A stretch of 48,367 bases of DNA from Phycisphaerae bacterium (GCA_963577635.1 CAUZBA010000001.1:1-48367), one strand, 5' to 3'. Positions 22,991 through 32,739 are shown, counted from the first letter of the stretch. Made by a program: numbers and translations. Notes: a model not told the origin generated them from the sequence alone.

Positions 22991-24070
22991 ATGAACGTTG
23001 CCGAAGGCGACTATCGCGTCGAACTGGAAAGCTACAGCGGTCCGCTGGACCTGCTTCTGTATCTCGTGCGCCGCCACGAGATCGATCTGCACGACATCCC
23101 CGTGGCCGTGCTGACCGAGCAGTATCTCAAGCACCTGAATCTTATGAAGCGGATCGACATGAACCTGGCCGGGGAGTTCTTGGTCATGGCGGCGACGCTG
23201 CTGGAGATCAAGAGTGCGATGCTCCTGCCGCGCCCGGAAGCGGGCGGCGAAGCCGAAGGCGATGCGGCACAGCTCCTGGATCCGCGATTCGAGCTTATCC
23301 AGCAACTGCTGGCTTACAAGCGGATCAAGGAAGCGTCGGCGGCGCTGGACACGCGGCGCCACGACTGGGCGGCGCGGTTCGCCCGGCACCCGGGGCGCGC
23401 CGCGGTCGACGGCCAACTGCCGGACGACGATCAGGAGGCCGCCCTTCTGGAGTTTGATCTGGATGACGTTCACGTGCTCGACCTGCGCGAGGCGTTTGCC
23501 CGCATCCTGGAGTCGATCGGTGGAAGCTCGGCACACGAGGTGGTTGTCGACGATACCCCTCTGGGGCTGCACGCGAAGGACATCGAAGATCGCCTCGAGC
23601 GGGACGGCCCGATGACGCTCCAGGAGATCTTTGTCGGCCGCGCCTCGCGCAGCGAGCTGGTGGGGCTGTTCCTGGCGATGCTCGAACTGGTCCGCCAGAA
23701 GAAGATCCGAATCGTCCAGGATCAGGCGGGCGGTTCGATCCATCTCGAGCTGCGCCCGCCTTCGCAGCGGGTTGTCGAACACGGCGATCAGGCGCCCGAC
23801 TGGCGCGATCCGGTTACCGGCAAGGTGCAATACGACTGGCCCAGCGAGCAGGTGCGCCAGCGCGTCGAAAGTCGAAACGCCAAGCGCTTTGAGCGCCTCA
23901 AACATCGGCAGTTCGCGCAGGCTGCCGATGAGGTCCAGGTGATCGATGTCGACGACGAGGAGCCGCAGGCCGGAGGCGGAAGCGACGAAGCGCCGTCGCG
24001 AGCGATGAGCGAGCGGCGGAACCCGTCAACATCTGGCACAACAGACGATCAAGCCACGATGTCCTCGTGA
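22991..24070 (+). CDS. scpA: segregation and condensation protein A (kleisin) with a long acidic C-terminal tail
   Basis: ATG at 22991. YRVELESYSGPLDLLLYLVRRHEIDLHDIPVAVLTEQYL is the ScpA signature. At 359 aa it is ~100 aa longer than typical. Confidence 0.85.
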   Translation: MNVAEGDYRVELESYSGPLDLLLYLVRRHEIDLHDIPVAVLTEQYLKHLNLMKRIDMNLAGEFLVMAATLLEIKSAMLLPRPEAGGEAEGDAAQLLDPRFELIQQLLAYKRIKEASAALDTRRHDWAARFARHPGRAAVDGQLPDDDQEAALLEFDLDDVHVLDLREAFARILESIGGSSAHEVVVDDTPLGLHAKDIEDRLERDGPMTLQEIFVGRASRSELVGLFLAMLELVRQKKIRIVQDQAGGSIHLELRPPSQRVVEHGDQAPDWRDPVTGKVQYDWPSEQVRQRVESRNAKRFERLKHRQFAQAADEVQVIDVDDEEPQAGGGSDEAPSRAMSERRNPSTSGTTDDQATMSS

Positions 24071-24325
24071 GGCGAATCCCTTTCTGTCTCGTGCGCCGGA
24101 GCATTCCCTCCCAGGACAGCACGTCGGATTGTTCAGTGCTTACTTCGGTGTAGGCATGGGCACGCGATACCCTGCTGTAGAAGTCGGAAGCAGTCATCAT
24201 CGCGGCCGCCGCGTTCCGCTGACGCTGTGGCTGGGTCTGGCTCTGATATTGGCCTGCTCACGGCACTTTCACGGCGTCGCGGCGATTCGGGGATCAGCTC
24301 GATCCGCAGCCGTCCTCACTGATTC

Positions 24326-24871
24326 GTGGTCGCCTGGCTGTCCAGCGTCCCGATCTGGTGCTATTTCGACTGGGTCAACTTCCATTTCATGGACGCGTGG
24401 CGCTATCACGGTCTACCGCCGCAGTTCGTTCAGCGCGTTGCAGGGTATTTCATAGCGTTCGCGGCGATTTCTCCGGGAATGTCCATGGCTTCTAAGATCT
24501 TTCAGCACCTGGGTTTCAAGCGTTTTCGGGCCACGCCGGTGCGCATCACGAGGCCGGCTCAAATCTCGGTCTGCCTGCTGGGCGCAATTTTTGCGATGTA
24601 TCCGTTCTGTGTCCGTGCCCCGATCGGCAACCTGACGCTCTGGGTGAGCCTCATGTTTCTGCTCGACCCGATCAATCACTGGCTGGGGGCGCCCAGCATC
24701 ATCGGGGACTGGCGCGCCGGTCGGTTCGGGCGGACAGTTGCATTGATGGCTGCCGGCGCCGTGTGCGGTCTGCTCTGGGAGTTCTGGAATTATTGGGCAC
24801 TGACCAAATGGACTTATCACCTTCCGTTTGTGGGAGCGATTGAGCACTACAAGTATTTCGAAATGCCCTAG
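24326..24871 (+). CDS. polytopic membrane protein of unknown function, ends at an in-frame TAG with 42 further open codons
   Basis: The 181-aa ORF has several TM spans. After TAG (24869-24871) the same frame continues IGFHGFLPFAIECWLVLNTVLVLAA... to TGA at 25000. A possible additional N-terminal part lies in another frame (24129-24325). Confidence 0.55.
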   Translation: MVAWLSSVPIWCYFDWVNFHFMDAWRYHGLPPQFVQRVAGYFIAFAAISPGMSMASKIFQHLGFKRFRATPVRITRPAQISVCLLGAIFAMYPFCVRAPIGNLTLWVSLMFLLDPINHWLGAPSIIGDWRAGRFGRTVALMAAGAVCGLLWEFWNYWALTKWTYHLPFVGAIEHYKYFEMP

Positions 24872-25216
24872 ATCGGATTTCATGGATTTCTGCCCTTCGC
24901 GATCGAATGCTGGCTGGTTCTGAACACCGTTCTCGTCCTGGCCGCGAGGCCGCGACTGCGCGTGGCCGAAGCCCTTCCGGACGACCATGCGGGCCTTTGA
25001 GCAAACGGCCGCATCTGAACGTTGTTAAGGAGGAATCCGGTGGGAACGGCATTGAGTCATACGCCCCGCCGGCCAACGGCTGGCCGCCGATACGTCAGGA
25101 CGCGTCCGATATCTCCGGCCTCGGCGTCCCTGGCGTGGGCGACGGCATAAATTTAAGTTTTTACGAGTCTTACGGTTTATTCAAGATCCCCCAACCCCTA
25201 GCCGATGCGACTGGCA

Positions 25217-25419
25217 ATGGACGGTACAGCCGCCATCGGGAGTTCACAGGTACTACTGGCCGCGCAGGTTGCAACGGCCGTTGCCGTCAAGGCACAGGAC
25301 ATTGAACGCGTCCGTGCCGATGCCGCCCTAGCCTCCTCGAGCAGGCCACTGAGCTATCGAAGCAGATTCAATCAGGGGACCGGCCAGTCGGCGGATTGGG
25401 GCTCGACATGGTGGCCTGA
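25217..25419 (+). pseudogene. YjfB-like (putative motility protein family) small ORF with one frameshift
   Basis: MDGTAAIGSSQVLLAAQVATAVAVKAQDIERVRADAAL is in one frame. LLEQATELSKQIQSGDRPVGGLGLDMVA-stop is in the -1 frame. Joined, they resemble the ~60-aa YjfB pattern (M.I..S...Q.Q....V.V.KKA.D......LLE....G..lD..A). Confidence 0.35.
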
Positions 25420-25770
25420 GGGCATGGCCCTATAACCTTTATTATGAACGCCCGGCAACGCAAATTTGCACCAGCTGGCGCCTGAAAAAAGGCACCAAAA
25501 ACTGGCCGGATCAACAAGCGTTATTCGATATTGGAGCCATTGCTGCTCGTAAGCACCGCCCGACGCAGTGCCACGGGGGCTCGACAACGTGATAAAAAAA
25601 CCGCGGTAATGCGGCGGCAGGCCTTGACGGCCGCCGATGAGTTGACACAATGAGCGTCCAATATTCGCGGGGAGCCGAAAAGGGCGAAGTCTGAGGGGCA
25701 CGGCCTCGACGATAAGTCAGGGATAACTACCGAAACCAGAGCGAAGGTTACATTTAATAAGGTGCCGGTT

Positions 25771-25800
25771 TGATCGGGACTGATCGGGACTGATCGGGCC
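25771..25800. repeat. 10-bp tandem repeat TGATCGGGAC x3
   Basis: Read directly. The third unit ends in CC. It lies in the long non-coding stretch upstream of the porin gene. Confidence 0.9.
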
Positions 25801-25983
25801 GGGCAGACCGACGACTCAGACATAGGAAGATCTAAGACACGGTGGCGTTGTGTGGACGCCGCTTGGCTGCGTGAGCCAGGTCCGCGGGTACAAGACATCT
25901 GCGGACGGAATTAATCAGGGGTCGCCGGCGGCATTTAGACCGTCAGTCGCGACGTCACCGACTTGAAAAGGAGTGTATGGTCC

Positions 25984-27438
25984 ATGGACATTAATCGATT
26001 GTTGGTCCTGGGAGGTCTGGTGCTTGGCATGTTTGCGGCCAGCGCGGCCGCTGTCGAGGACGATGCCGATCTGGGGGCACGGCTCAAACGGGCCGAGGCG
26101 CGCCTGGCCGAGATCGAAACCAAGCAGAGCGACACTTGGTTGAGCCAGCGCCGCGTTGAAGAAGTCAAGACGCTGGTCCGCGAGGTACTGGCCGACGCCG
26201 ACATGCGGGCCAGCCTCATGGAAGGCGGCACCGCCGGCCACAATGGCGAGAACTTCTTCCTCAGCAGTGAGGACGGAAGTTTCCTGCTGAATATCGGTGG
26301 CCAGATTCAGGTGCGACACCTGCTGAACGTCAACGACAACGATAACACGAACGACCAGGATGAATGGGAACGCGGCTTCGAGGTGCCCAGGGCCAACATG
26401 AAGTTCTGGGGCCACATCGCCGATCCTCGGATCAAGTACAAGATCGCCCTCGGTGTCATTTCAAACGCCGCCGGCCAGGATGCTGAGAACCACGTCGGGA
26501 TGCAGGAAGTCGTGGTCAGCTACGACATCATGGACGGCATGACCATCTGGGGCGGCGAGACCAAGGCGCCGTTCCTTCGCGAGGAGCTGATCGGCTCATC
26601 GCACCAGCTCTCCGTGGAGCGGTCTCTCATCAACGAGGTCTTCACGATAGGAACCGTCCAAGGCATCGGCGTGGACTGGTTCGTCGACAAGGGTTCGAGC
26701 AACATGTGGCGCGTTCGCGCATCGTTCAATGACGGCATCCGGTCGGGTGAGTGGGACGATGTGAACGACGCCGGATTGCATAAGAACTTCTCCGGCGTCG
26801 ACGCCGACAAGGAGTTCGACAACGACGCCTCCGACTTCGCCATCACCAGCCGCGTGGACTCGCGCCTTATGGGCACGTGGGAACAGGGCGATGACTTCAC
26901 GGCGTGGAGCGGAGAAGAGACGTCCGTGATCGTCGGCGGTGCCATCCATTATGAGGCGTACGAGACGGGCGACTCGAACGAAAACAGCGAATTCGTGACC
27001 TGGACTACGGACGCGTCGGTAGAATGTAACGGCTGGAATCTGTTCGCTTCCGCGACAGGCCTCCATGTCGATTTGAAGGAAGATCCCAACGGCGAGGATC
27101 ATGATTTCTACGGTTTTGTCGCTCAGGGCGGCTACCATGTGATCCCCGACAAGCTTGAGCCGTTCATTCGCTGGGAGTACCTCGACCTGTCGGACATCAA
27201 CGCAGGCGGCGCAGACCAGGAGCTTCAGTTCCTGACGTTCGGCTTCAACTGGTACCTGGCCAAGCACGCGGCGAAGGTTACGACCGACATGATTTGGTCG
27301 TTACACGCCGTCCCGTCGTCAAACGACCTGGGCTTCGGCGGCGACAACACGCTCGGTTATCTCGGCCTCCTGGCAGACGATAACAGCGACGATGAGGACC
27401 AGATTGCCTGGCGGATTCAATTCCAGCTTCTGTTCTAA
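25984..27438 (+). CDS. putative outer-membrane beta-barrel porin (OprO/OprP-like)
   Basis: ATG at 25984 lies 11 nt after AAAGGAG. Signal peptide MDINRLLVLGGLVLGMFAASAAA, then a short coiled coil, then alternating beta-strand-like sequence. It ends with an aromatic terminal signal, RIQFQLLF. Confidence 0.6.
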   Translation: MDINRLLVLGGLVLGMFAASAAAVEDDADLGARLKRAEARLAEIETKQSDTWLSQRRVEEVKTLVREVLADADMRASLMEGGTAGHNGENFFLSSEDGSFLLNIGGQIQVRHLLNVNDNDNTNDQDEWERGFEVPRANMKFWGHIADPRIKYKIALGVISNAAGQDAENHVGMQEVVVSYDIMDGMTIWGGETKAPFLREELIGSSHQLSVERSLINEVFTIGTVQGIGVDWFVDKGSSNMWRVRASFNDGIRSGEWDDVNDAGLHKNFSGVDADKEFDNDASDFAITSRVDSRLMGTWEQGDDFTAWSGEETSVIVGGAIHYEAYETGDSNENSEFVTWTTDASVECNGWNLFASATGLHVDLKEDPNGEDHDFYGFVAQGGYHVIPDKLEPFIRWEYLDLSDINAGGADQELQFLTFGFNWYLAKHAAKVTTDMIWSLHAVPSSNDLGFGGDNTLGYLGLLADDNSDDEDQIAWRIQFQLLF

Positions 27439-27487
27439 GGAATAACTTCAACCGCCGCGCCACGTCGGGGCGGCGATCCGAAATCAA

Positions 27488-27530
27488 CACCGGCCGGCCG
27501 CCAGGAGCGTGCCGGCCGGTGTTTTTTTTT
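27488..27530 (+). terminator. Rho-independent terminator (possibly bidirectional)
   Basis: CACCGGCCGGC-N12-GCCGGCCGGTG is a perfect 11-bp stem followed by T9. It lies between the convergent porin and GT-C genes. Confidence 0.85.
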
Positions 27531-27540
27531 CGGGGCCTGA

Positions 27541-29244
27541 TCAGAATCCGAACGTCGTCGTTTCCCCGGACGCGAGCGACGTGTCATGCGAAATCCACGG
27601 CATGTCGCCGCTGCGTAGGCGCGTGCGAACGACCTGAGCCGTCTGCGACCGGTTGGCCAGCGTGACCTTCGCGTCCGGTTCGGTCGCCTCGAACATCAGG
27701 ACACCGAGGCGCGAACCCGTGAGGCGAGCGGCGGTCAACTCCAGCCGCAGTGGTCCGACCACCGTGACCGTTTTACGTGGCGCCACCGCGGGATCGGCAT
27801 TGGCCATCACGAGGACCCGCGGTTTACCCGCCTCGGGCCATCGCATCAGCTCGATCAGCCTCGACGGATTGCGCATCGCCTGCCGCAGGCGATCGGGCGA
27901 CCTTGCCACAACCATCGCCGCCTGGTCGGAGTCGAGAAGATCCGCGGCGACCTCGTAGGACACAGCCGGCCACATCGTATTCAGGTACGCCTGCAACATC
28001 GGCGGCGGATCGACGTGCATCAGCGGCGGGCCGTCGTTCAATTCGCGCTGGATGCGCCAGGCGAGGTGCTGCAGGCCAACCGAGTCCCTGATGATCTGTT
28101 TCCCCGGGCGCAACCCGTGGTAGTAGGCCGTCCACCCGCCCAGGATGAGGGCGACGGCGGCGGTGAGCGCCAGCAACTGACGCCGCACCGACCAGGCACC
28201 CAGCAGTTGCGCCAGCTCCCTGCCGGCGAGCAGTGCCGCTGCGGGCAGGATCGGCAGCAGGTGGTCCGGCCGCTGCTTCGCCGCGATCGTGAATAGGACC
28301 ATGCAGACAGCGAACCAGCAGAAGAGGAATCTCTCGAATCGCCGAACGGCGATGTCGACCGCGGGATGAAACCAGACGCGCCAGAATCCAGCCAGGGCGA
28401 AGACGCACCAGGGCATGAAGCGGAAGAGGAAATGGATCGTCGGTCGCGGCAACCCCCTGCCGAAGCTCTTGTGGTGGCCGCTGCCTCCGGCGAGGTGCCC
28501 GATCAATTCGTAGCCGATCATCCGGTCGATCAGCGGCTGGCCTGCGTGTATGAACGCCAGGACCGCCCAGCCCAGGACGATCGTGCAGAACAATGCGATG
28601 CCCACCGCGTGCGAACCCCTGATTGGTGCCGCGGCGCCCCGTCGTTTCTCCCACAATGCCGCCAGGAGGCCGAACAGGCCGATCAGGACGCCGAGCGGAC
28701 CCTTGGTCAACGTCGACGCCGCGGCAGCGAGCCAGAACCAGGTCCAGCCTGTCCCGCGTGTCCAGGCCCTGTGGGCCAGAAGGGCGCTCAGCAGCACAAT
28801 GCACGTGAACAGCGCGTCGGTCCGGGCCAGGGCCGAGTGCTTGATCGGCAGGGCCGACGTCAGGAACGCCACGGCGCCCATGAAGCCGGCCGCGGGCCCG
28901 AAATGGCGGGCCCCGGCGCCGCGAATCATCAGCGCCGCGGCCAGGATCGACGCGGCACAGGGAAGGTAGAGGCTCAGTCTCGAAATGCGATCCTGCGGCA
29001 ATGACAGCAGTGCGACGAGCCAGGTGTAGGCAGGCGGCTTCGACGTGACCTCGCCGACGTATTCGTGCTGCACGATCCAGTGGCCGTTGCGCAGCACGTC
29101 CATGATGTAGCCCACCGTCTTATCCTGGTCGTTTTCCAGAAGGTCCGTGGGACCGGTGATGCGCATGACGAAGATGGACAGCCAGATCGCGACGATGTAC
29201 GTGATCGTGGCGCGTGTGCTCAAAACGTGTGTCTGTCGCTCCAT
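27541..29244 (-). CDS. ArnT/PMT-like GT-C fold glycosyltransferase
   Basis: 567 aa with ~12 TM spans. The N-terminal loop DQDKTVGYIMDVLRNGHWIVQHEYVGEVTSKPPAYTWL is typical of the ArnT/PMT family. Soluble C-terminal ~150 aa. Confidence 0.8.
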   Translation of the reverse strand: MERQTHVLSTRATITYIVAIWLSIFVMRITGPTDLLENDQDKTVGYIMDVLRNGHWIVQHEYVGEVTSKPPAYTWLVALLSLPQDRISRLSLYLPCAASILAAALMIRGAGARHFGPAAGFMGAVAFLTSALPIKHSALARTDALFTCIVLLSALLAHRAWTRGTGWTWFWLAAAASTLTKGPLGVLIGLFGLLAALWEKRRGAAAPIRGSHAVGIALFCTIVLGWAVLAFIHAGQPLIDRMIGYELIGHLAGGSGHHKSFGRGLPRPTIHFLFRFMPWCVFALAGFWRVWFHPAVDIAVRRFERFLFCWFAVCMVLFTIAAKQRPDHLLPILPAAALLAGRELAQLLGAWSVRRQLLALTAAVALILGGWTAYYHGLRPGKQIIRDSVGLQHLAWRIQRELNDGPPLMHVDPPPMLQAYLNTMWPAVSYEVAADLLDSDQAAMVVARSPDRLRQAMRNPSRLIELMRWPEAGKPRVLVMANADPAVAPRKTVTVVGPLRLELTAARLTGSRLGVLMFEATEPDAKVTLANRSQTAQVVRTRLRSGDMPWISHDTSLASGETTTFGF

Positions 29245-29361
29245 GCGCAGGATCGACCGTGATGGGCCAAAATGGCGTTACATGATAACGTCAGATTGAG
29301 CCGCCGCATGTCGGTCACCCAGGGGACACCATCCGACTGCGTTGCGGCTCCTTACAGGACT

Positions 29362-29522
29362 GGAGCGGTTTGGATCCAAACGTAGCGTTCTGAACTGGCT
29401 ACAGCCGCGCCTGGTTTTGTCGTGCTGCATCGACGACCCGTAGCGGGGTCGCCTGCTTCGCCCTCCGCGCCAGACTTGCTTCGCCGACGCTCAAGACGCT
29501 ACGTTCGGATTCAAAACGCTCT
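29362..29522 (-). repeat. ~160-bp stem-closed intergenic element (family A, copy C)
   Basis: GGAGCGGTTTGGATCCAAACGTAGCGT ... ACGCTACGTTCGGATTCAAAACGCTCT. The core is near-identical to copy B. Confidence 0.85.
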
Positions 29523-29687
29523 AGCAGGACGCTGCAAAACCCCGGATTCTGGCGTTCGCCCAAGGATCTCCAATTTGAAACTACCGCTCTCGCTTCGCAG
29601 ATCGAGTCCAAACGCGTTGAAGGCGAAACTTTTGAAAATCTCAGGCACACGTTTTTGCGCCGACCGAGTTTTGCAGCGTCCTGCTAG
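29521..29687. repeat. second foldback: perfect 20-bp inverted repeat with a 127-nt spacer
   Basis: CTAGCAGGACGCTGCAAAAC (29521-29540) and GTTTTGCAGCGTCCTGCTAG (29668-29687). It abuts copy C on the left and ends 12 nt before the ATG at 29700. Confidence 0.8.
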
Positions 29688-29699
29688 CGTGTTACCACC

Positions 29700-31394
29700 A
29701 TGACGGAAGGTGACGGTCGAATCAAGCCGGGCTTCATCGTTGCCCTCGCGGCGCTGTTTTTATTCGCACTGGCCGCGAGAACGATGTCGCCCAGCGACAT
29801 CTTCGACAACGACCAGGCCGGGCCGATTTCGCACATTGCCGACGTGGCCTTCAACGACCACTGGCTGATGCAGCGAACGCCGAACGGCTGGCTGGCCACG
29901 AAGCCGCCCATGTTCCCGTGGCTGGGGGCCCTGGCCGTCCGCGCGACCGGCCGAACGCAGGAGTGGTCGTTCAAGCTGCCGGTGGTGATCGCGTTCGCCG
30001 TGATTGCGCTGGTCGTATTCGACTGGGGACGCCGCGCGGCAGGCATGGCCGTCGCGACGGTCGCCGCCGCGGCCTGGATCGCCAGCTACCACGTCTTCAA
30101 GCTCATGTACACGGCGCGAACCGACATGCTCCTGGCGATGTGGATCACGCTGGCCCTCTGGTCGGTCCAGCGGCAGCGCGGGATGTGGCAAGCCGCTTCT
30201 AAGGGGCCACCCAAGGCCATTTCGCCGCACCAGATCGCATTGATCCTGATGTTCGCTCTCGCGGTTGGCGCCGGCCTGTTGACCAAGGGCCCGCCGGCGC
30301 TGATTCCGGTCGCCTGGCTGATCGGCGTCATCGCGTATGACCGGGCGTGGCGACGATGCCGGCCCGTGTGGCAGGTTCTGGGCATCCTGCTGGCCGTCGC
30401 GCTGTTTCTCGCCTGGCTCGTTCCGGTGCTACGTACCTATCCTCAGTGGGCCGACAACATGCACGCGGAGGTCGTCGAACGCGTCACAGGCACGGGATCC
30501 GGCGCCAAACGGCGCAGTCCATTGCTTGCCATGCCGGCGTATTTCCTGGCCCGCTTCCAGCCGTGGAGCGTCCTGTTCGTGGCCGCCGCCGTTTTCTGGT
30601 GGTCGAAGCGCCGGCAATCGAACGGCGTGCTGCCGTGGTGGCCCCTTCTGTGGGTCGCTCTGATCCTGTTGATCTTCACGATTCCCCGGGGCAAGCGCGC
30701 GGATTACGTCCTGCCCGCGTATCCGGCCGCGGCGCTGCTGGTGGCGTGCTTCATCGGTCACGCCCAGCTTCAAGGCGGCTGGCACCGTTTCGTTGTCCAC
30801 GTCGTCGTCGGCGGCGTGGCCATTGCCGGAATTGCCTGCGCCGTGGCGTGCCCCTGGTTGCCGCGGCCGCCGAGCGTGCCGCTGCAACCAGGGGCGACGG
30901 CAGGCGCCGTGGTCTGGAATCCGGCCTTTGTGAAATTCGGATGTGGCGCCGCGGTTCTGATCGCCGCGCCGGTCGCACTGTGGCTCGTGCATCGCCGCCG
31001 TTATGTGGGCGGCGCGATGGCCTGTTGCTTCGTCCTGATCGCCGTGCTCGGCATCTACCAGTCGACGCTGAGCCGCGCCGCGAAGACGCGCCGGGGCGAT
31101 GCGATTATTGCACTGGCGCAGACGGCCAGGGCGACGAGCCGGCGCGAGGGGGTGGAGGTGGTGTGTTATGGAACCGCGTCCAAGCGGTTTGCGGCGCTGC
31201 TGGGTTCGAACCGTCTTGCGACGGACGTGTCGTTGCAGTCGGTCGATCGAGGAGCGGTGCTGCTGATCGGCGAAGAGGATTGGCAACGGCACGAGGAGCG
31301 GTTCGATGGGCGGGCGTCGGTGATCATGCGCTCGGATTCGCGGGAGAAAGTGGAGAGGAGGTATGTGTTGGCGTTGGTGGAAGGGAAAGGGTGA
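29700..31394 (+). CDS. ArnT/PMT-like GT-C fold glycosyltransferase (paralog of 27541..29244)
   Basis: 564 aa with the same architecture. DNDQAGPISHIADVAFNDHWLMQRTPNGWLATKPPMFPWL parallels the loop of the divergent neighbour. Confidence 0.8.
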   Translation: MTEGDGRIKPGFIVALAALFLFALAARTMSPSDIFDNDQAGPISHIADVAFNDHWLMQRTPNGWLATKPPMFPWLGALAVRATGRTQEWSFKLPVVIAFAVIALVVFDWGRRAAGMAVATVAAAAWIASYHVFKLMYTARTDMLLAMWITLALWSVQRQRGMWQAASKGPPKAISPHQIALILMFALAVGAGLLTKGPPALIPVAWLIGVIAYDRAWRRCRPVWQVLGILLAVALFLAWLVPVLRTYPQWADNMHAEVVERVTGTGSGAKRRSPLLAMPAYFLARFQPWSVLFVAAAVFWWSKRRQSNGVLPWWPLLWVALILLIFTIPRGKRADYVLPAYPAAALLVACFIGHAQLQGGWHRFVVHVVVGGVAIAGIACAVACPWLPRPPSVPLQPGATAGAVVWNPAFVKFGCGAAVLIAAPVALWLVHRRRYVGGAMACCFVLIAVLGIYQSTLSRAAKTRRGDAIIALAQTARATSRREGVEVVCYGTASKRFAALLGSNRLATDVSLQSVDRGAVLLIGEEDWQRHEERFDGRASVIMRSDSREKVERRYVLALVEGKG

Positions 31395-31408
31395 GGGGAA
31401 ACGAAGAA

Positions 31409-31456
31409 GGTGTCAGGAACCTTTTTCCGTCTCACACGAGTAAGGTTCCTGACACC
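31409..31456. terminator. perfect 13-bp hairpin between convergent genes (candidate terminator / small foldback H)
   Basis: GGTGTCAGGAACC-N22-GGTTCCTGACACC. The loop starts with TTTTT. There is purine-rich sequence on the left flank and pyrimidine-rich sequence on the right flank. Confidence 0.4.
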
Positions 31457-31480
31457 GATCCTTCCTGGCACAGTTCTTCG

Positions 31481-32739
31481 TCAGTTCATCGATTGTCGCC
31501 GCCGATGTGCGTCCGATGCGGTCATCACGAATCTCAGGCCGCGGTTGAGATGGGGGTGGGCCACCATGTTCACATCGTCGATGAGCTCAAGCACAGAATC
31601 CAATTGTGCCCTGACGCGAGCAATCTGGCGATCCATTTGTGCCAATCGATCTCGAAATCTCATAAGAACGAAATGAGCATCGCGAGCTTTTTTGAGTTGG
31701 GCTTCGACGTGCTCCAGTCTTGCCTTTGCTGTGGTGAAGGCCAAGGTCAGCTCTGCGTGTGCTTCCTTCGGGCCGCCACCCGACTGCACCGCCGCGAATT
31801 CTGAATCCTCCACGGCTCTCTTCTGCGCGACCCATTGTTCGGCGAGAGATTGATAATACGGTTCCTGCTCGGTCAGCTTATTGAAGCCGACATCTGTTGC
31901 AACAGCGAACCTTTGTGCCATGAACCTCTTCAATTTGTTGTAGATGTTTCCCCTCCTTATTTCGAGCCGTCGCATGAGGTCGGCGCCTTTGACAACTGAG
32001 TATTCTTGCAACTCTTCCCGGAATGCCTCCACGATCGTTTTCATGACCTGCGGTAGTGACTCTGCAGATCTTGCAGTCAGGCGAATCTCGATGAGACGTG
32101 TTTTCGGAACAACTCTGGTCTCGAGATGCTGCTGCAAATCAACCAATCGAGCTGTCGGATCCGCGAATCGCTTGTACCAGTTCGTCTCCTTGATTTCCTG
32201 ATTCTTGAGCGATCGTTCCAAGACACGCTCAGTGGCAATGTGTTTGGCGTAGGTGTGCAATGTTTGCTCATCCGTCGCATTTGGCAGTTCAAACCGTCGC
32301 GTCAGATCCGTCGGTGCGACTATCTCCAGCAATGCCACGCTCTCGAATTCCTCTGCAGCATCGGTCTGGTCACCGTCAACCTCTGCGGCAACTGTTTGAC
32401 GTGTTGTCTGCTGCACTGTCGGCTCAGGGATCAACCACAAGAACAGGAGAATGCAGGCCACAAGGGCGCCGATCGGTGCAAAGGTGTACCGCATGACCGA
32501 CCTCCGTCTGTGATGGTGGGCGATTCGAGTGAACTCGTGGGAAGGCCGGCCGCGTCGCCGAACTCTTCCAGCGCCGTGACGATGGCATCCTCGCGTGACA
32601 CTCCCTGTTCCGTCAGCTCGTCAAGGCGCTGTTCAAGGTGATCCCGAAGTTCGCGAGCGATTGCGTCGCGCTGGGACTGGTTCAGCCGAAGCAGCCGGGT
32701 CAACAGGATCAGATAGTTTTCGAATTCTTGCTCGGACAT
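31481..32739 (-). pseudogene. PadR-associated membrane protein (DUF1700/HAAS-like N-terminal domain + TM + coiled-coil ectodomain), one frameshift
   Basis: ORF 32431..32739 (MSEQEFENYLILLTRLLRLNQSQRDAIARELRDHLEQRLDELTEQGVSREDAIVTALEEFGDAAGL...) and ORF 31481..32494 (MRYTFAPIGALVACILLFLW...) overlap. Shifting frame at ~32540 reads ..FGDAAGL-(P)SHEFTRIAHHHRRRSVMRYTFAPIGAL.. as a single protein. Confidence 0.7.

Noticed and set aside
22748-23905. The N-terminal 386 aa of the 728-aa ORF 21719..23905(-).
   Set aside because: Only the C-terminal 342 aa (from ATG 22747) look like KdsD (SIS + CBS). The upstream part is antisense to scpA and has no recognisable features.
25040-25150. 36-codon GTG ORF preceded by a very strong TAAGGAGG.
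   Set aside because: The product (VGTALSHTPRRPTAGRRYVRTRPISPASASLAWATA) has no recognisable features, and I cannot test conservation. It is noted within the 25-26 kb finding but not called as a gene.
25460-25473. Sigma-54-like TGGTGC-N-TTGC on the minus strand upstream of the YjfB-like ORF region.
   Set aside because: The GG-to-GC spacing is 9 nt rather than 10, the -24 element is not TGGCAC, and it points away from any plausible gene.
25593-25650. Possible minus-strand intrinsic terminator (GC hairpin CGGCGGC..GCCGCCG followed at a distance by T7 on the minus strand).
   Set aside because: The T-run is separated from the stable stem by ~11 nt, and the stem adjacent to it is only 4 bp. There is no upstream minus-strand gene for it to terminate.
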